A stretch of 64,000 bases of DNA, taken from IMG/VR virus record IMGVR_UViG_3300011113_000491, positions 32,001-96,000 of that record. One strand, written 5' to 3'. The translations under genes were made by a program, and so were the position numbers. The DNA is from a virus. Of the stretch, positions 26,780 to 35,621 are shown piece by piece. Numbering within the stretch: the stretch's first letter is position 1; each line of letters opens with the position of its first letter. Under the pieces are notes generated by a model that made no database searches, was not told where the DNA came from, and saw only the letters and a program-made list of their open reading frames with translations.

Positions 26780-27046
26780 TCAGGCGATCTGATAACGCGA
26801 ACCGTCACGGCGGAAACCGTAGGTGCGCTCACCCGGATGGGTGTCCCGCATGAAGTACCGGCCACGGGAGTCGGTCACGATTTCCCAGTTACCGTACTTC
26901 TCGACCATTTCGCGGATGTCGCTGATGGTAGCACGGAGGTTGCCCACACCGTACTTTTCTGCCGCTTCACGGGGGCAAAGACCCCATCCACGGGCGAGAT
27001 GATTAATGACCTGACGCTTCTTGCTGAGATTGCTGTTGTTACGCAT
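26780..27046 (-). CDS. Small winged-helix DNA-binding protein
   Basis: VINHL..G..L...EA..KYGV.NLRATISDIR HTH pattern; GC-rich codons; own promoter and terminator. Confidence 0.7.
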   Translation of the reverse strand: MRNNSNLSKKRQVINHLARGWGLCPREAAEKYGVGNLRATISDIREMVEKYGNWEIVTDSRGRYFMRDTHPGERTYGFRRDGSRYQIA

Positions 27047-27129
27047 AACGATAAATTCACTTTCCTAAATTACACTCTTCAATCTAAACCGGGGATTCCG
27101 AGTGTCTGAGTCCCGATTACTATGCAAGT

Positions 27130-27158
27130 ATTGTAGCAGACTGTTTCCATTCTGTCAA
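27130..27158 (-). promoter_or_regulatory. Strong sigma70 promoter
   Basis: TTGACA-17-TACAAT with TGn extension. Confidence 0.8.
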
Positions 27159-27196
27159 TACCCTGAGAAGAACTTTCTTAAGATTGTTCTTCTCAA

Positions 27197-27271
<75 letters not shown>

Positions 27272-27374
27272 AATGCGGTTGGCGATGCCGCTTACGCCAA
27301 GGTTTATTTTTATGATCTGCTCAACCTTAAACACAGATGCACATCACATGTTAGGGACACCGTGACAACCCCTT
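27272..27374 (-). ncRNA. Candidate structured RNA: three tandem H-type pseudoknots
   Basis: Pairings AGGGG/UCCCU+GUCAC/GUGAU, AUCUGU/GCAGAU+AAGGUU/AACCUU, GGCG/CGCC+GCGG/CCGC; non-coding, directly 5-prime of tRNA-Lys. Confidence 0.6.
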
Positions 27375-27468
27375 ATAATATACACATTGATAGGTTCAAT
27401 GCAGACCAAAATAATAACTTATGTTAAAGATGATACATGTTTAACTCCGTTACTTTCTTACGCTTTAA

Positions 27469-28029
27469 TTATAGCACAGTTGCGGTGTTTGTCAATACCC
27501 ACCACTCTGGAATCTTATTATTCTTCCACTTGGCAAACCGTGCCTTTGCGCCGATATAATACGCACGATATGCCATTACAGCATCTTCGTTCTTGTAAAT
27601 ATCTGGCATTGCTTGAGCAAACGGCGTAAGAGGACCATTTGTGATATTTGCGGGTCTGTTCTTCTGTAACCATACAAGCAAATTGTTTGATGTATGAACC
27701 TTACCATAACGAGATGTGTATTCATTGCACATCTCTACGGCATGAGATGCCAACCAATCATAGTTTGTATTCGTTTCCCTAGTCCAAATTGTACAGGGAT
27801 GATTAATCATTGTTGATTGATATAGAAATCCATCAATGATTGGGTTATGGTGACGATAAGTAGTGTACTTTCTACCAGACTTTGTAAGTTTGACAGAATA
27901 GTATCCATCAAGATAACGGTGTGCTGTTGAGAGTAATTGAGCACTCTCAAGAATCATCTTGACTACATGCTTGTCACATAGTGATTGTGCTGCAACTGTT
28001 GGATTGTTGTCAAGTACAAAGATATTCAT
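27469..28029 (-). CDS. Pyrimidine-dimer DNA glycosylase / endonuclease V-like protein
   Basis: MNIFVLD..P..AA...CDKHVVKMILESAQLLSTAH, NHPC..W.R, FAQAMP..Y, AYR.YY motifs. Confidence 0.85.
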   Translation of the reverse strand: MNIFVLDNNPTVAAQSLCDKHVVKMILESAQLLSTAHRYLDGYYSVKLTKSGRKYTTYRHHNPIIDGFLYQSTMINHPCTIWTRETNTNYDWLASHAVEMCNEYTSRYGKVHTSNNLLVWLQKNRPANITNGPLTPFAQAMPDIYKNEDAVMAYRAYYIGAKARFAKWKNNKIPEWWVLTNTATVL

Positions 28030-28175
28030 AGAATGGCGGGTGGGATCAGACCAGTCTTTTCCCACATTTCCCTGGTCTTCTTCTTTGCGTCCTTACGCAT
28101 TTCAATTGCCTTGTTACGGTTCTTGATAATCTTCTTACGGTGCTTACGCTTTACAACTCTTCCTGATTTATTCAT
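28026..28175 (-). CDS. Small basic protein (MNKSGRVVKRKHRKK...)
   Basis: GGAG upstream; coupled to guaC and the glycosylase gene. Confidence 0.55.
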   Translation of the reverse strand: MNKSGRVVKRKHRKKIIKNRNKAIEMRKDAKKKTREMWEKTGLIPPAIL

Positions 28176-28176
28176 T

Positions 28177-29184
28177 TCATGCTCCAAAAATATTATTAAT
28201 CTGATTATTAACTCTGACAAATGTAGTACACTTTGGTAGATGCTTTAGTCTACTTGCACCAACATAGGTACAAGCAGATCGCAACCCACCTAGAATTTCG
28301 TTCAGGACATTGTTGACACTTCCCTTGTATTCTACCTGAACAAGTTTTCCTTCGCTAGCCCGGTGGGATGCTACCCCACCGAAATGCTTCTTCATGGCAA
28401 ACTCCGACGACATGCCATAAAAAGTTTTGTGTGTTAGAACACCATTTGAATATACTGGTGTTCCTTCAGACTCATCGGTGCCGGAAAACATCCCACCGAG
28501 CATAACGAAGTCAGCGCCCCCTCCGAAGGACTTTGCGATATCACCGGGACAGGTGCACCCACCATCCGCCATGATATGACCTCCCAGACCGTGTGCTGCA
28601 TCGGCGCACTCCATCACTGCTGAGAGTTGAGGATATCCCACCCCGGTCATCTTGCGTGTTGTGCATACGCTTCCGGGGCCGATTCCAACCTTGACTATAT
28701 CCGCGCCTGACAGGAGTAGTGCTTCTGTCATTTCCGCTGTTACTACATTCCCTGCTATGATTATTGCATTCTTCCATTTTTGTCTTGTTTCCTTTACTAG
28801 ATCAACAAATACTTCCGTATATCCATTTGCTACATCCAAACAGATAAACGGAACATCTTCATTATAAAACTCTTGTAGATTTTCCCTACTTGCCTCGTCA
28901 AGTCCGCAAGTCAACGCGATATATTCTTTATTTAGAATTTGATCATATTCGCCCTTGCTGATAAACTTGTGCATACAAGTAACACACCTGTAAGGACTTA
29001 GGGCATTTGCCATTTTTGATACGCCAATAGTATCCATGTTGGCAGCCACGATTGGAATACCAGTCCAAGTTCTTTTACTGTGCAAAAAGGTAAAGGTTCT
29101 AGTTAGATCTACTTCTGCTCGGGATGTCAACTTAGAACGCTTTGGACGAATCAATACATCAGAATAATCAAGTTTCATTTCCAT
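28177..29184 (-). CDS. guaC: GMP reductase
   Basis: KLDYSDVLIRPKRS, AANMDT, CLDVANGY, KVGIGPGSVCTTR, FYGMSS, RASEGK, GGLRSACTYVGA. Confidence 0.96.
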   Translation of the reverse strand: MEMKLDYSDVLIRPKRSKLTSRAEVDLTRTFTFLHSKRTWTGIPIVAANMDTIGVSKMANALSPYRCVTCMHKFISKGEYDQILNKEYIALTCGLDEASRENLQEFYNEDVPFICLDVANGYTEVFVDLVKETRQKWKNAIIIAGNVVTAEMTEALLLSGADIVKVGIGPGSVCTTRKMTGVGYPQLSAVMECADAAHGLGGHIMADGGCTCPGDIAKSFGGGADFVMLGGMFSGTDESEGTPVYSNGVLTHKTFYGMSSEFAMKKHFGGVASHRASEGKLVQVEYKGSVNNVLNEILGGLRSACTYVGASRLKHLPKCTTFVRVNNQINNIFGA

Positions 29185-29398
29185 TAGATTTCTTTCCACT
29201 ATTCTTTCCACCCATATGTGTTTCAATATGGAGTTGGAGAGACTTCATCTTCTTTGCAAGAGTTTTTCTATCTGCCTTGTCAAGAAGATACTGCTCATAA
29301 GTATACACTGCCTGCGTTGCAAGTTCAATCAGTTCGATGACATATTCATCATCATGTGCGTTTTGTTTAGTTCTCCCGAACAACTTCAATTTCCTCAA
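29168..29398 (-). CDS. Hypothetical protein
   Basis: Operon ORF; start uncertain. Confidence 0.5.
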   Translation of the reverse strand: MRKLKLFGRTKQNAHDDEYVIELIELATQAVYTYEQYLLDKADRKTLAKKMKSLQLHIETHMGGKNSGKKSNGNET

Positions 29399-29675
29399 AA
29401 AGATTCAACTGATTATCATTTAGTTCTTGATTGTAATTCTTTAAAAAATTCAGAGCCTGAAGAACACATTCGGCAAGTTCACTCGATGCGTTTGAATCAT
29501 ACACATCAATACTTTCATTAGAATTCCAATTACTAAAATGAAGACCAATTACTCCATTTTCATTTTTTCTTAGAGTTATGAATGGATTTTTAGATTCTTC
29601 TGGAAAAATTTCACAAATGAATTGAATATCTCCATTGAGATAATTATCAGAGTTTGAGTCTACCTTTATGTTCAT
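29367..29675 (-). CDS. Hypothetical protein
   Basis: AAGGA SD; operon ORF. Confidence 0.55.
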   Translation of the reverse strand: MNIKVDSNSDNYLNGDIQFICEIFPEESKNPFITLRKNENGVIGLHFSNWNSNESIDVYDSNASSELAECVLQALNFLKNYNQELNDNQLNLFEEIEVVREN

Positions 29676-30001
29676 AATAATTCCTTTATTTTTAAACTTT
29701 CTGTTTTGGATTGCATTAGATCTTGAGTTGTATAGAAATATATTACGCTACTCAATCTAAAACTTTTCCACTCCTTATCAATTATATCATAAACTGGAAC
29801 GAGATCAACATCTTTCTGAAAAGGAGAGAATATTTCTTGCAAAGATCTTCTCGCATTTCTATTAAGCATACCATAATTCAATGAGCAATACAAACTTCTA
29901 TATTTTCCATTTGTCACTTTTTGAAAATAAACCTTACACACTCCGGCAGATAGATATTTAAGAACCAAATCTCTTTGTAATTGATTTTCCTTTAACATCA
30001 C
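29672..30001 (-). CDS. WYL-like/SH3 small protein (DUF2693-like)
   Basis: V.FQKV.NG.YR...C.L and VYDI...EWKSFR pattern. Confidence 0.65.
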   Translation of the reverse strand: MMLKENQLQRDLVLKYLSAGVCKVYFQKVTNGKYRSLYCSLNYGMLNRNARRSLQEIFSPFQKDVDLVPVYDIIDKEWKSFRLSSVIYFYTTQDLMQSKTESLKIKELL

Positions 30002-31593
30002 TCATCTCCAGGCATTGTTTCCGGTAGTTTAAAGTGTTTTCTCAGTTTCTTTAGTACTTCTTTTGCTGCTTTTCTGTTTTCACCAAAACGCCAATTATAT
30101 TCTTGCCAACCATGAGATTCTTTTATTGGTGTTTGTGATTCCATATGAGCCTTTAGATCATCTTTAAGTTTATCTGAGTACTTAGTGCCTTTTGTACCAA
30201 ATGCATCACTACCCACAGCACCAGTCTCCAACCATTTCTTTCCGCCGCCGGCGCCCTGATTATGACTGTATGCTAATACTTCTAGTTGTTTATGTTTTGG
30301 AAGATTTCTATATTGAGGACTTAGTTTTGTTAAAACTCTGTGATTGGCAATAGTAAATCCTGCTAACATATCTTCTTGCATTTGTGGATTTGCTCTAAAT
30401 TGTTCTCTCGCAGAAGTATGATGTCCTGGGTCATCAATACCTAAAACCCTTGCAGCATCCGTCTTTGCATCACGACCTAATTGATATCTACCATCGTAGT
30501 GTTTTCCAGCACCACCTGCAACGCTATAATCTCCACCAGATTCAATGTGTGATAATGATCCACGAAAGACATTCCATGTATCAGCATCAATTCCTAAATG
30601 CTGTGTGATAAGCTCATGAGGAACTTTGACACCAGAGTGTTGTGCTGTTTGCGTTGGTTTTGCTTCTGGTGTATGTGTCACTTTAGTCTGTACTTGACCT
30701 AGTGGATTTGCATTTCTTGGATGTACAGTAGGAGTTTTAGAAACTTGTGTTTCTAATGGTTTTTGTGGAAACAGTGTTCTATTCAAAGAAGTCCCTACTG
30801 CTTTCCCACCTAACATAGCTCCACCGGCGGCTGCCAAACCTAGTCCAACTGCTGCTACCTTTTTCATTAATTTTGATTCATTTAAAGACAATGATGCGTC
30901 TCTCATCTGTTCCATATGATCATTCATTTTATCAAGATAACCAGAATTACGCAACTCCTTGAATACTAAATTTTCATAAGAGAACTCGCCTGACTTTTTA
31001 AGTCCTGCCACTCTCATGTTTTTAATTTTATCTTTGAGTGTCTTAAAAGAGAACTCATTTGCTCCACCAGAAACTAAATCATCAATTCTATTTTTAAGAT
31101 GATCTATTTTGTGAAGAAGATGTGGGTTATCATAATCAACACGGACATGGTGAGGGTGTACCAACCAGTCATCGTTCTTTAGACTATACACCCCTTGATC
31201 TTTTTGATATGGGTCATTGACATCTTGAGCATATAGTTCAACATCATGACCTTTTACTTTGACATCGTGAATCTTTGACCAAAGTTCTTTTTTATCTTTT
31301 AGATATTCATCAACAAACTCGGGAGCAGCATCCATTTGATCTTTGTGAATGACAAAGTGTATATCAAGATCAGAATGTTCGGTATAATTGTAATTTGCAT
31401 TACCACCAACTAGAATAATATCTTCTATTATGCTATTTGGTATTTTTGCAAACTCTTGCCAAAACTTTGCAACATACAAAAGATGATTTCTGATTTCTGG
31501 TTTTAATTTATCATTTTCCCAGAAAACAGGATTCAACTCATCATGATACTGAAGAGTTAGTGATTCTTTGATGTATGATGAAAAAGTTTTCAT
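29998..31593 (-). CDS. Putative internal head polyprotein: nucleotidyltransferase domain plus lysozyme/SLT-like domain
   Basis: MKTFSSYIKE start; GGNANYNY...SDLDIH pol-beta NTase motif; IESGGDY...GRYQ and AY.HNQG lysozyme-like motifs; LNES/IKES junctions. Confidence 0.7.
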   Translation of the reverse strand: MKTFSSYIKESLTLQYHDELNPVFWENDKLKPEIRNHLLYVAKFWQEFAKIPNSIIEDIILVGGNANYNYTEHSDLDIHFVIHKDQMDAAPEFVDEYLKDKKELWSKIHDVKVKGHDVELYAQDVNDPYQKDQGVYSLKNDDWLVHPHHVRVDYDNPHLLHKIDHLKNRIDDLVSGGANEFSFKTLKDKIKNMRVAGLKKSGEFSYENLVFKELRNSGYLDKMNDHMEQMRDASLSLNESKLMKKVAAVGLGLAAAGGAMLGGKAVGTSLNRTLFPQKPLETQVSKTPTVHPRNANPLGQVQTKVTHTPEAKPTQTAQHSGVKVPHELITQHLGIDADTWNVFRGSLSHIESGGDYSVAGGAGKHYDGRYQLGRDAKTDAARVLGIDDPGHHTSAREQFRANPQMQEDMLAGFTIANHRVLTKLSPQYRNLPKHKQLEVLAYSHNQGAGGGKKWLETGAVGSDAFGTKGTKYSDKLKDDLKAHMESQTPIKESHGWQEYNWRFGENRKAAKEVLKKLRKHFKLPETMPGDE

Positions 31594-31799
31594 TTTTTAA
31601 TTGTCTTTGGTTTTGGTGTAGGGTTTGATATAGGTTTTGGTGTAGGCTTCCGACCATATATATCGTCTATATTAAATCTCATATCATCTAGTGCTTCAGC
31701 AGAATATGCTGTTCCACGATATACTGGTTCTTTTGGTTTATCAAAATCAAAAGTGAGTTGTTCCCCAACTTCTAGAAGATATTGTTTGAATGATTTCAT
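31590..31799 (-). CDS. Small late protein with CTS-like leader MKSFKQYLLE
   Basis: Late promoter 5 nt upstream. Confidence 0.65.
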   Translation of the reverse strand: MKSFKQYLLEVGEQLTFDFDKPKEPVYRGTAYSAEALDDMRFNIDDIYGRKPTPKPISNPTPKPKTIKK

Positions 31800-31804
31800 G
31801 CTAT

Positions 31805-31816
31805 TATTTATAAATA
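31805..31816. promoter_or_regulatory. Overlapping divergent late promoters
   Basis: Palindrome TATTTATAAATA gives TATAAATA on both strands between divergent genes. Confidence 0.8.
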
Positions 31817-31850
31817 ACAAAGTACATACATATATTTAAAGGAAACTATT

Positions 31851-32279
31851 ATGAACTTAAAAGAATACTATAAAGAATTACTTTCAGAGCAACTATTGAA
31901 TGAAATAGGTGCAGCAAAATTAGGAAGAATCGAAAAATCAATTAAAAGAAAAGAAGCACAAAAAGATAAAACAACAGCGGCAATTGATTCCAGTCGCGGA
32001 AGAATACAGGATGCTCTTTTAAATCCAGATGCAGTAAAAACCGCAGCCGTTGGACCCGGAAGTCCCCTACAACAGAGACTTAATGCACTGTATATGGCAA
32101 GAGCCCGTGGTCAAGTTGGAAGAAAAGAAAAACTCAATAAACGAGGGATGAAAATAGCAGGACAGGCTGGTATGGCAATTGGCCAGGGTGCTACAAATCG
32201 AGATACAATTCAATCATATAGCGATAGAATCGGTGGACTTGGCCACCCAGGCGGTCACCCTAGATTTAGACCTAGATGA
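31851..32279 (+). CDS. Basic late protein with CTS-like leader (MNLKEYYKELLSEQLLNE)
   Basis: AAGGA SD; late promoter; terminator follows. Confidence 0.7.
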   Translation: MNLKEYYKELLSEQLLNEIGAAKLGRIEKSIKRKEAQKDKTTAAIDSSRGRIQDALLNPDAVKTAAVGPGSPLQQRLNALYMARARGQVGRKEKLNKRGMKIAGQAGMAIGQGATNRDTIQSYSDRIGGLGHPGGHPRFRPR

Positions 32280-32294
32280 TGTAAAACAATAAAA

Positions 32295-32325
32295 TAAAAA
32301 GAAACCCCCATATGGGGGTTTTTTA
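32295..32325. terminator. Bidirectional terminator
   Basis: AAACCCCC-ATAT-GGGGGTTT with A and T tails between convergent genes. Confidence 0.85.
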
Positions 32326-32339
32326 TTTGTCTCTAAAAA

Positions 32340-32957
32340 TTATCCGTTTCTTATCACAGAAACACCATCTGCTGACATTCCAGAGAAATGTGTTGCAATT
32401 TTCGCCATTTTTTCGTGATCTCTACCCCCACCGCTTTTTATTGATGGTATGACTCTGAGATCCATATGTGTATCCAAGAACGCCGGAATATCGGTGATCT
32501 TCCTTTGAGTTATGGGGGAAACAGACTTTAGTGCAATATGTTCATCGTCACCAATGTCCTTTGCGGCCGCACCATGTAATCTTTCTACCACTTTACGTCT
32601 CGGAGAGAAATGTTTACCATCAAATGTGCTCAAGAATACAGGGGAGTGATTCTGTATTATATCTTCGTGATGAACAAATACAATCGGTTTTGTATTTGGT
32701 TTGTAAACTGCAACCCAAGGAACCTTGCTCGTGTTTCCTTCTCTCTGAAGTGCATATGGTGCAATCAGTCCAACATTAGATCCTGCATAGACACCACTGA
32801 ATGGTTTGTGTCCTTCGAGTGGCATATCCCCTCTCTGACTATTTCCATGTCTATCCATCACATATGGTTTTGGATCGAATTGTTCTACTGGTTTATGATC
32901 CAATCGAAAAACATGGTTGGAACGAGACTCAAGAAGATACTGACGAAATGATTTCAT
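32340..32957 (-). CDS. Late protein with CTS-like leader MKSFRQYLLE
   Basis: Leader motif; operon. Confidence 0.7.
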   Translation of the reverse strand: MKSFRQYLLESRSNHVFRLDHKPVEQFDPKPYVMDRHGNSQRGDMPLEGHKPFSGVYAGSNVGLIAPYALQREGNTSKVPWVAVYKPNTKPIVFVHHEDIIQNHSPVFLSTFDGKHFSPRRKVVERLHGAAAKDIGDDEHIALKSVSPITQRKITDIPAFLDTHMDLRVIPSIKSGGGRDHEKMAKIATHFSGMSADGVSVIRNG

Positions 32958-32961
32958 GTTC

Positions 32962-33207
32962 TCACCAAATTCTGTTTAATATCTGCCCATCAGGACCCAT
33001 ACTACTCCATCTTGTCCCTGTTCCCGTTGTATCAAAGACAGCATCTTCCGTTCCCATCTTATGTCCTTCTAAGTAGTGTGGATTGTCTTTGTGATCTGCA
33101 TGGTGACTCAAATTAAAGAATCCATGCTCAAACCCTAAACTAAAAGCCTTTTGTTCTGCTTCGGTTCTTTTGTTTTCTTTTAGAAATTTTTTGAAAGAGA
33201 GCATCAT
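32962..33207 (-). CDS. Late protein with CTS-like leader MLSFKKFLKE
   Basis: Leader motif; coupled start. Confidence 0.65.
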   Translation of the reverse strand: MMLSFKKFLKENKRTEAEQKAFSLGFEHGFFNLSHHADHKDNPHYLEGHKMGTEDAVFDTTGTGTRWSSMGPDGQILNRIW

Positions 33208-33791
33208 TTTTTCCTTGTTCTAATTCTTTTTGGTCTAAGTTCAAATTTTGTCAATTCTGCGCGTGTAAAACCATGAGGATCACTCCTTCTACTATATGCT
33301 CCGCGTTCATCTTTTGCCGGATTATAGACTGTAACCTTTCCATCGTAATCCATATGAACAGGTCTAATTCCTGCCAGTCTTCTCCAAACAGATCGTGAAC
33401 CACGGGTCTGTTGTTCGCCTGATTCTATTGTGACTCCCAGTTTATCTGCTAGAGTACCATATACTTTAGGAACTAAATTTTTTACTCTTGCCTTTTCTCC
33501 TGCATGGGTCTTGTGAATGGAAGGGCTATTAATAGTAACTCTTCTAGCCCGAGGATGACTGACAGGAAAGATTCCTACTATTTGCTTTTTATGAACAAGA
33601 TGATAAACCGTTTCGTCTTCATCTGGATATAGTGGATGGTCTTCGTGAGGTCGTATTAGACTGTATGATCCAATTTTACCAATCAGTTTACCTGGCACAG
33701 ATGGTACTACTTTTGATAGATAATCAGCATATCTTCTACTGGTTTGAATCATTTCTGGTGCTTCAAGAAGATATTGTTTGAATGATTTCAT
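33204..33791 (-). CDS. Late protein with CTS-like leader MKSFKQYLLE; possible GNAT-like fold
   Basis: Leader; IESGEQQTRGSRSVWRRL resembles the S...Q..G...VW pattern of phage GNAT-like proteins. Confidence 0.65.
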   Translation of the reverse strand: MKSFKQYLLEAPEMIQTSRRYADYLSKVVPSVPGKLIGKIGSYSLIRPHEDHPLYPDEDETVYHLVHKKQIVGIFPVSHPRARRVTINSPSIHKTHAGEKARVKNLVPKVYGTLADKLGVTIESGEQQTRGSRSVWRRLAGIRPVHMDYDGKVTVYNPAKDERGAYSRRSDPHGFTRAELTKFELRPKRIRTRKK

Positions 33792-34243
33792 CGTCGGCTT
33801 CTCTTTCTACTAGTTAGACCAGATATATTTGTCGCAGTAATTCCATATCGTCCTGCCATTGCCTGATAAATTGAATGTCTTACTGGATCATCAGTATCAT
33901 ACACAATATCTCTTGGTTTTTGAGTCATCATATGATGATGAAAGTACTCATGAATCTTTTTACCTATTGCCAAAGCATGGTGGGCAGGAATACGGGTAGA
34001 TGGACTCTCAAACCGATGATTCACAGTAAATGCAATTTTAGAAACTCCGTCTTCCACTTTTTTTGCCAGGAATGATACTCTATATTCCGCGTCACTGTCT
34101 CTAATATGACCACGATATACATGAGTATCAAGAATTTTTGAATGCACCCCTGCCGGAATGAATTCATAATCGGGATGGTAATATGGAACCTCTTGTGCGG
34201 AGGTATCAAACATTTCCATGATGTATTTTTTGAATGATCTCAT
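33788..34243 (-). CDS. Late protein with CTS-like leader MRSFKKYIME
   Basis: TATAAATA at 34250-34257. Confidence 0.7.
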   Translation of the reverse strand: MRSFKKYIMEMFDTSAQEVPYYHPDYEFIPAGVHSKILDTHVYRGHIRDSDAEYRVSFLAKKVEDGVSKIAFTVNHRFESPSTRIPAHHALAIGKKIHEYFHHHMMTQKPRDIVYDTDDPVRHSIYQAMAGRYGITATNISGLTSRKRSRR

Positions 34244-34262
34244 ACCCCATATTTATAATTTT

Positions 34263-34679
34263 TTTGGGGACTGGGGGATCCTAAAGGGGGACCCTAAAGA
34301 TTATCGAACTATTAGATTACCATTCCAAATTTTTAGTTTCGAACCCGGAAAGAATTCTTGTAGAAGCTCTAGGAGTTCTTTTTCTTTTTCTTTTGATAAT
34401 TTTGTTGGTTTCTTGTTTCCAATAAAATTACCAGATTGAGTAATGCCTTGATTTAGATTGAAGTCAGGAGCATCATCAAAATCAGGAACAAGAAAGAGAA
34501 TATCCTGAATTGGAATTATTTTTACTTGAGAAGATGCTACTACAGGAGATGTAAGTAGAGAAATACAGAGAAAGATCACGATTAGTATTTTTGAAAGCTT
34601 CATGATATTATTTATAAGAATTATTTGGGGACTGGGGGATCCTAATGAAAAGGATTTTTTGGGAACTGGGGGATCCTAA
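34263..34679 (+). repeat. Three copies of TTTGGG(G/A)ACTGGGGGATCCTAA
   Basis: Copies at 34263-34284, 34624-34645 and 34658-34679 (one mismatch). Confidence 0.95.
34301..34603 (-). CDS. Secreted 100-aa protein resembling an isolated planctomycete secretin N-domain
   Basis: Signal peptide; IQDILFLVPDFDDAPDFNL...ELLELLQEFFP....IWNGNLIVR; TATAAATA at 34609-34616. Confidence 0.55.
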   Translation of the reverse strand: MKLSKILIVIFLCISLLTSPVVASSQVKIIPIQDILFLVPDFDDAPDFNLNQGITQSGNFIGNKKPTKLSKEKEKELLELLQEFFPGSKLKIWNGNLIVR

Positions 34680-34839
34680 AAGAACTTATAAGGGGGGTAG
34701 GGGGGGTAGGGGTTATAGTGAGCCTCGCTAGCGCACTATAGGGGTGGGACCCCATTTTCTAATATCACTGTTGTGTGACGCGAGCTCGGCGTGACGCGAA
34801 CCCCCACGAAACCCCTACGATTCCCTGCACAAACGAAAC

Positions 34840-34872
34840 AACCCCCGCACCACTCTCACATGGTACGGGGGT
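34840..34872 (-). terminator. Terminator of the leftward early operon
   Basis: CCCCG(C/T)ACCA-based hairpin followed by a U-rich run on the minus strand. Confidence 0.6.
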
Positions 34873-34894
34873 CGATGATGACGACGCGCTGTAG

Positions 34895-35290
34895 TTAGTC
34901 TGCGCCGTTCGGTGTCTCGTCGGAATCGTTGGGAATCGTTGGCGTTTCGGCACAGCGACGACAGATGATCTTCCCTTGTGAATCATGCTTGGCGAAGGCC
35001 TTGCCGAATGCACCACCACAACGGGAGCAACGGCACAGATTCACCTTGGATTGATGGGGTTCTGGCGCACCATCGATCATGGCCTTCATCGTCTCCCAGT
35101 CGATTGGAATGACTTGAATGCCAGTGGATTCGAGCTCACGAGTCCATTCGTTCCAGTTGCGTTCCTCGAGCTGATCACGATTGAGGGGAAGGGCATTACG
35201 CTTGGATGGCCATGATTCGTTGATGCGCCGAAGCATGGCAATGAGAATCCACATGTCGGTGATGGGGGCAGGCAGTGTAGGCATACTCAT
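34895..35290 (-). CDS. Hypothetical protein with C-terminal zinc ribbon (start MSMPTLP)
   Basis: CSRC...CRRC; GGAGGG SD; TAATG coupling. Confidence 0.6.
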   Translation of the reverse strand: MSMPTLPAPITDMWILIAMLRRINESWPSKRNALPLNRDQLEERNWNEWTRELESTGIQVIPIDWETMKAMIDGAPEPHQSKVNLCRCSRCGGAFGKAFAKHDSQGKIICRRCAETPTIPNDSDETPNGAD

Positions 35291-35505
35291 TAGCGAGCCC
35301 TCCGATTGCAGCGTTCGGCACGGCGCAGGTTCTCGGTGTCCGTTGCCGAAACCATTACGATTTCGGGGGCGGTCTTGTGGTACCAGTCCATGAATCCGAT
35401 GGGGGAACGAACGCGGGAGCACTTCACGCAGGTCGTAGTGGTGGGAATGGCATCGAGCCTGCCTTTCGGAATGTCGATGCCGCAGGTGTCGCAGGTCTTG
35501 GTCAT
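35290..35505 (-). CDS. TraR/DksA-type C4 zinc-finger protein
   Basis: CDTCGIDIPKGRLDAIPTTTTCVKC matches the C..CG..IP..RL.A.P....C..C signature; AAGGA SD. Confidence 0.85.
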   Translation of the reverse strand: MTKTCDTCGIDIPKGRLDAIPTTTTCVKCSRVRSPIGFMDWYHKTAPEIVMVSATDTENLRRAERCNRRAR

Positions 35506-35510
35506 TGTAG

Positions 35511-35621
35511 TTAGTCCTTGATTACAGAGAGAAAGAGAGAAACGGTCATCACGAACAGCGCAGCCCAGGCGCAGATGATGAATGACCACATGAGAAGAGC
35601 GAGAATCTGAAGAAGTTCCAT
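35511..35621 (-). CDS. 36-aa membrane peptide (MELLQILALLMWSFIICAWAALFVMTVSLFLSVIKD)
   Basis: Manual translation; AGGA upstream. Confidence 0.45.
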   Translation of the reverse strand: MELLQILALLMWSFIICAWAALFVMTVSLFLSVIKD

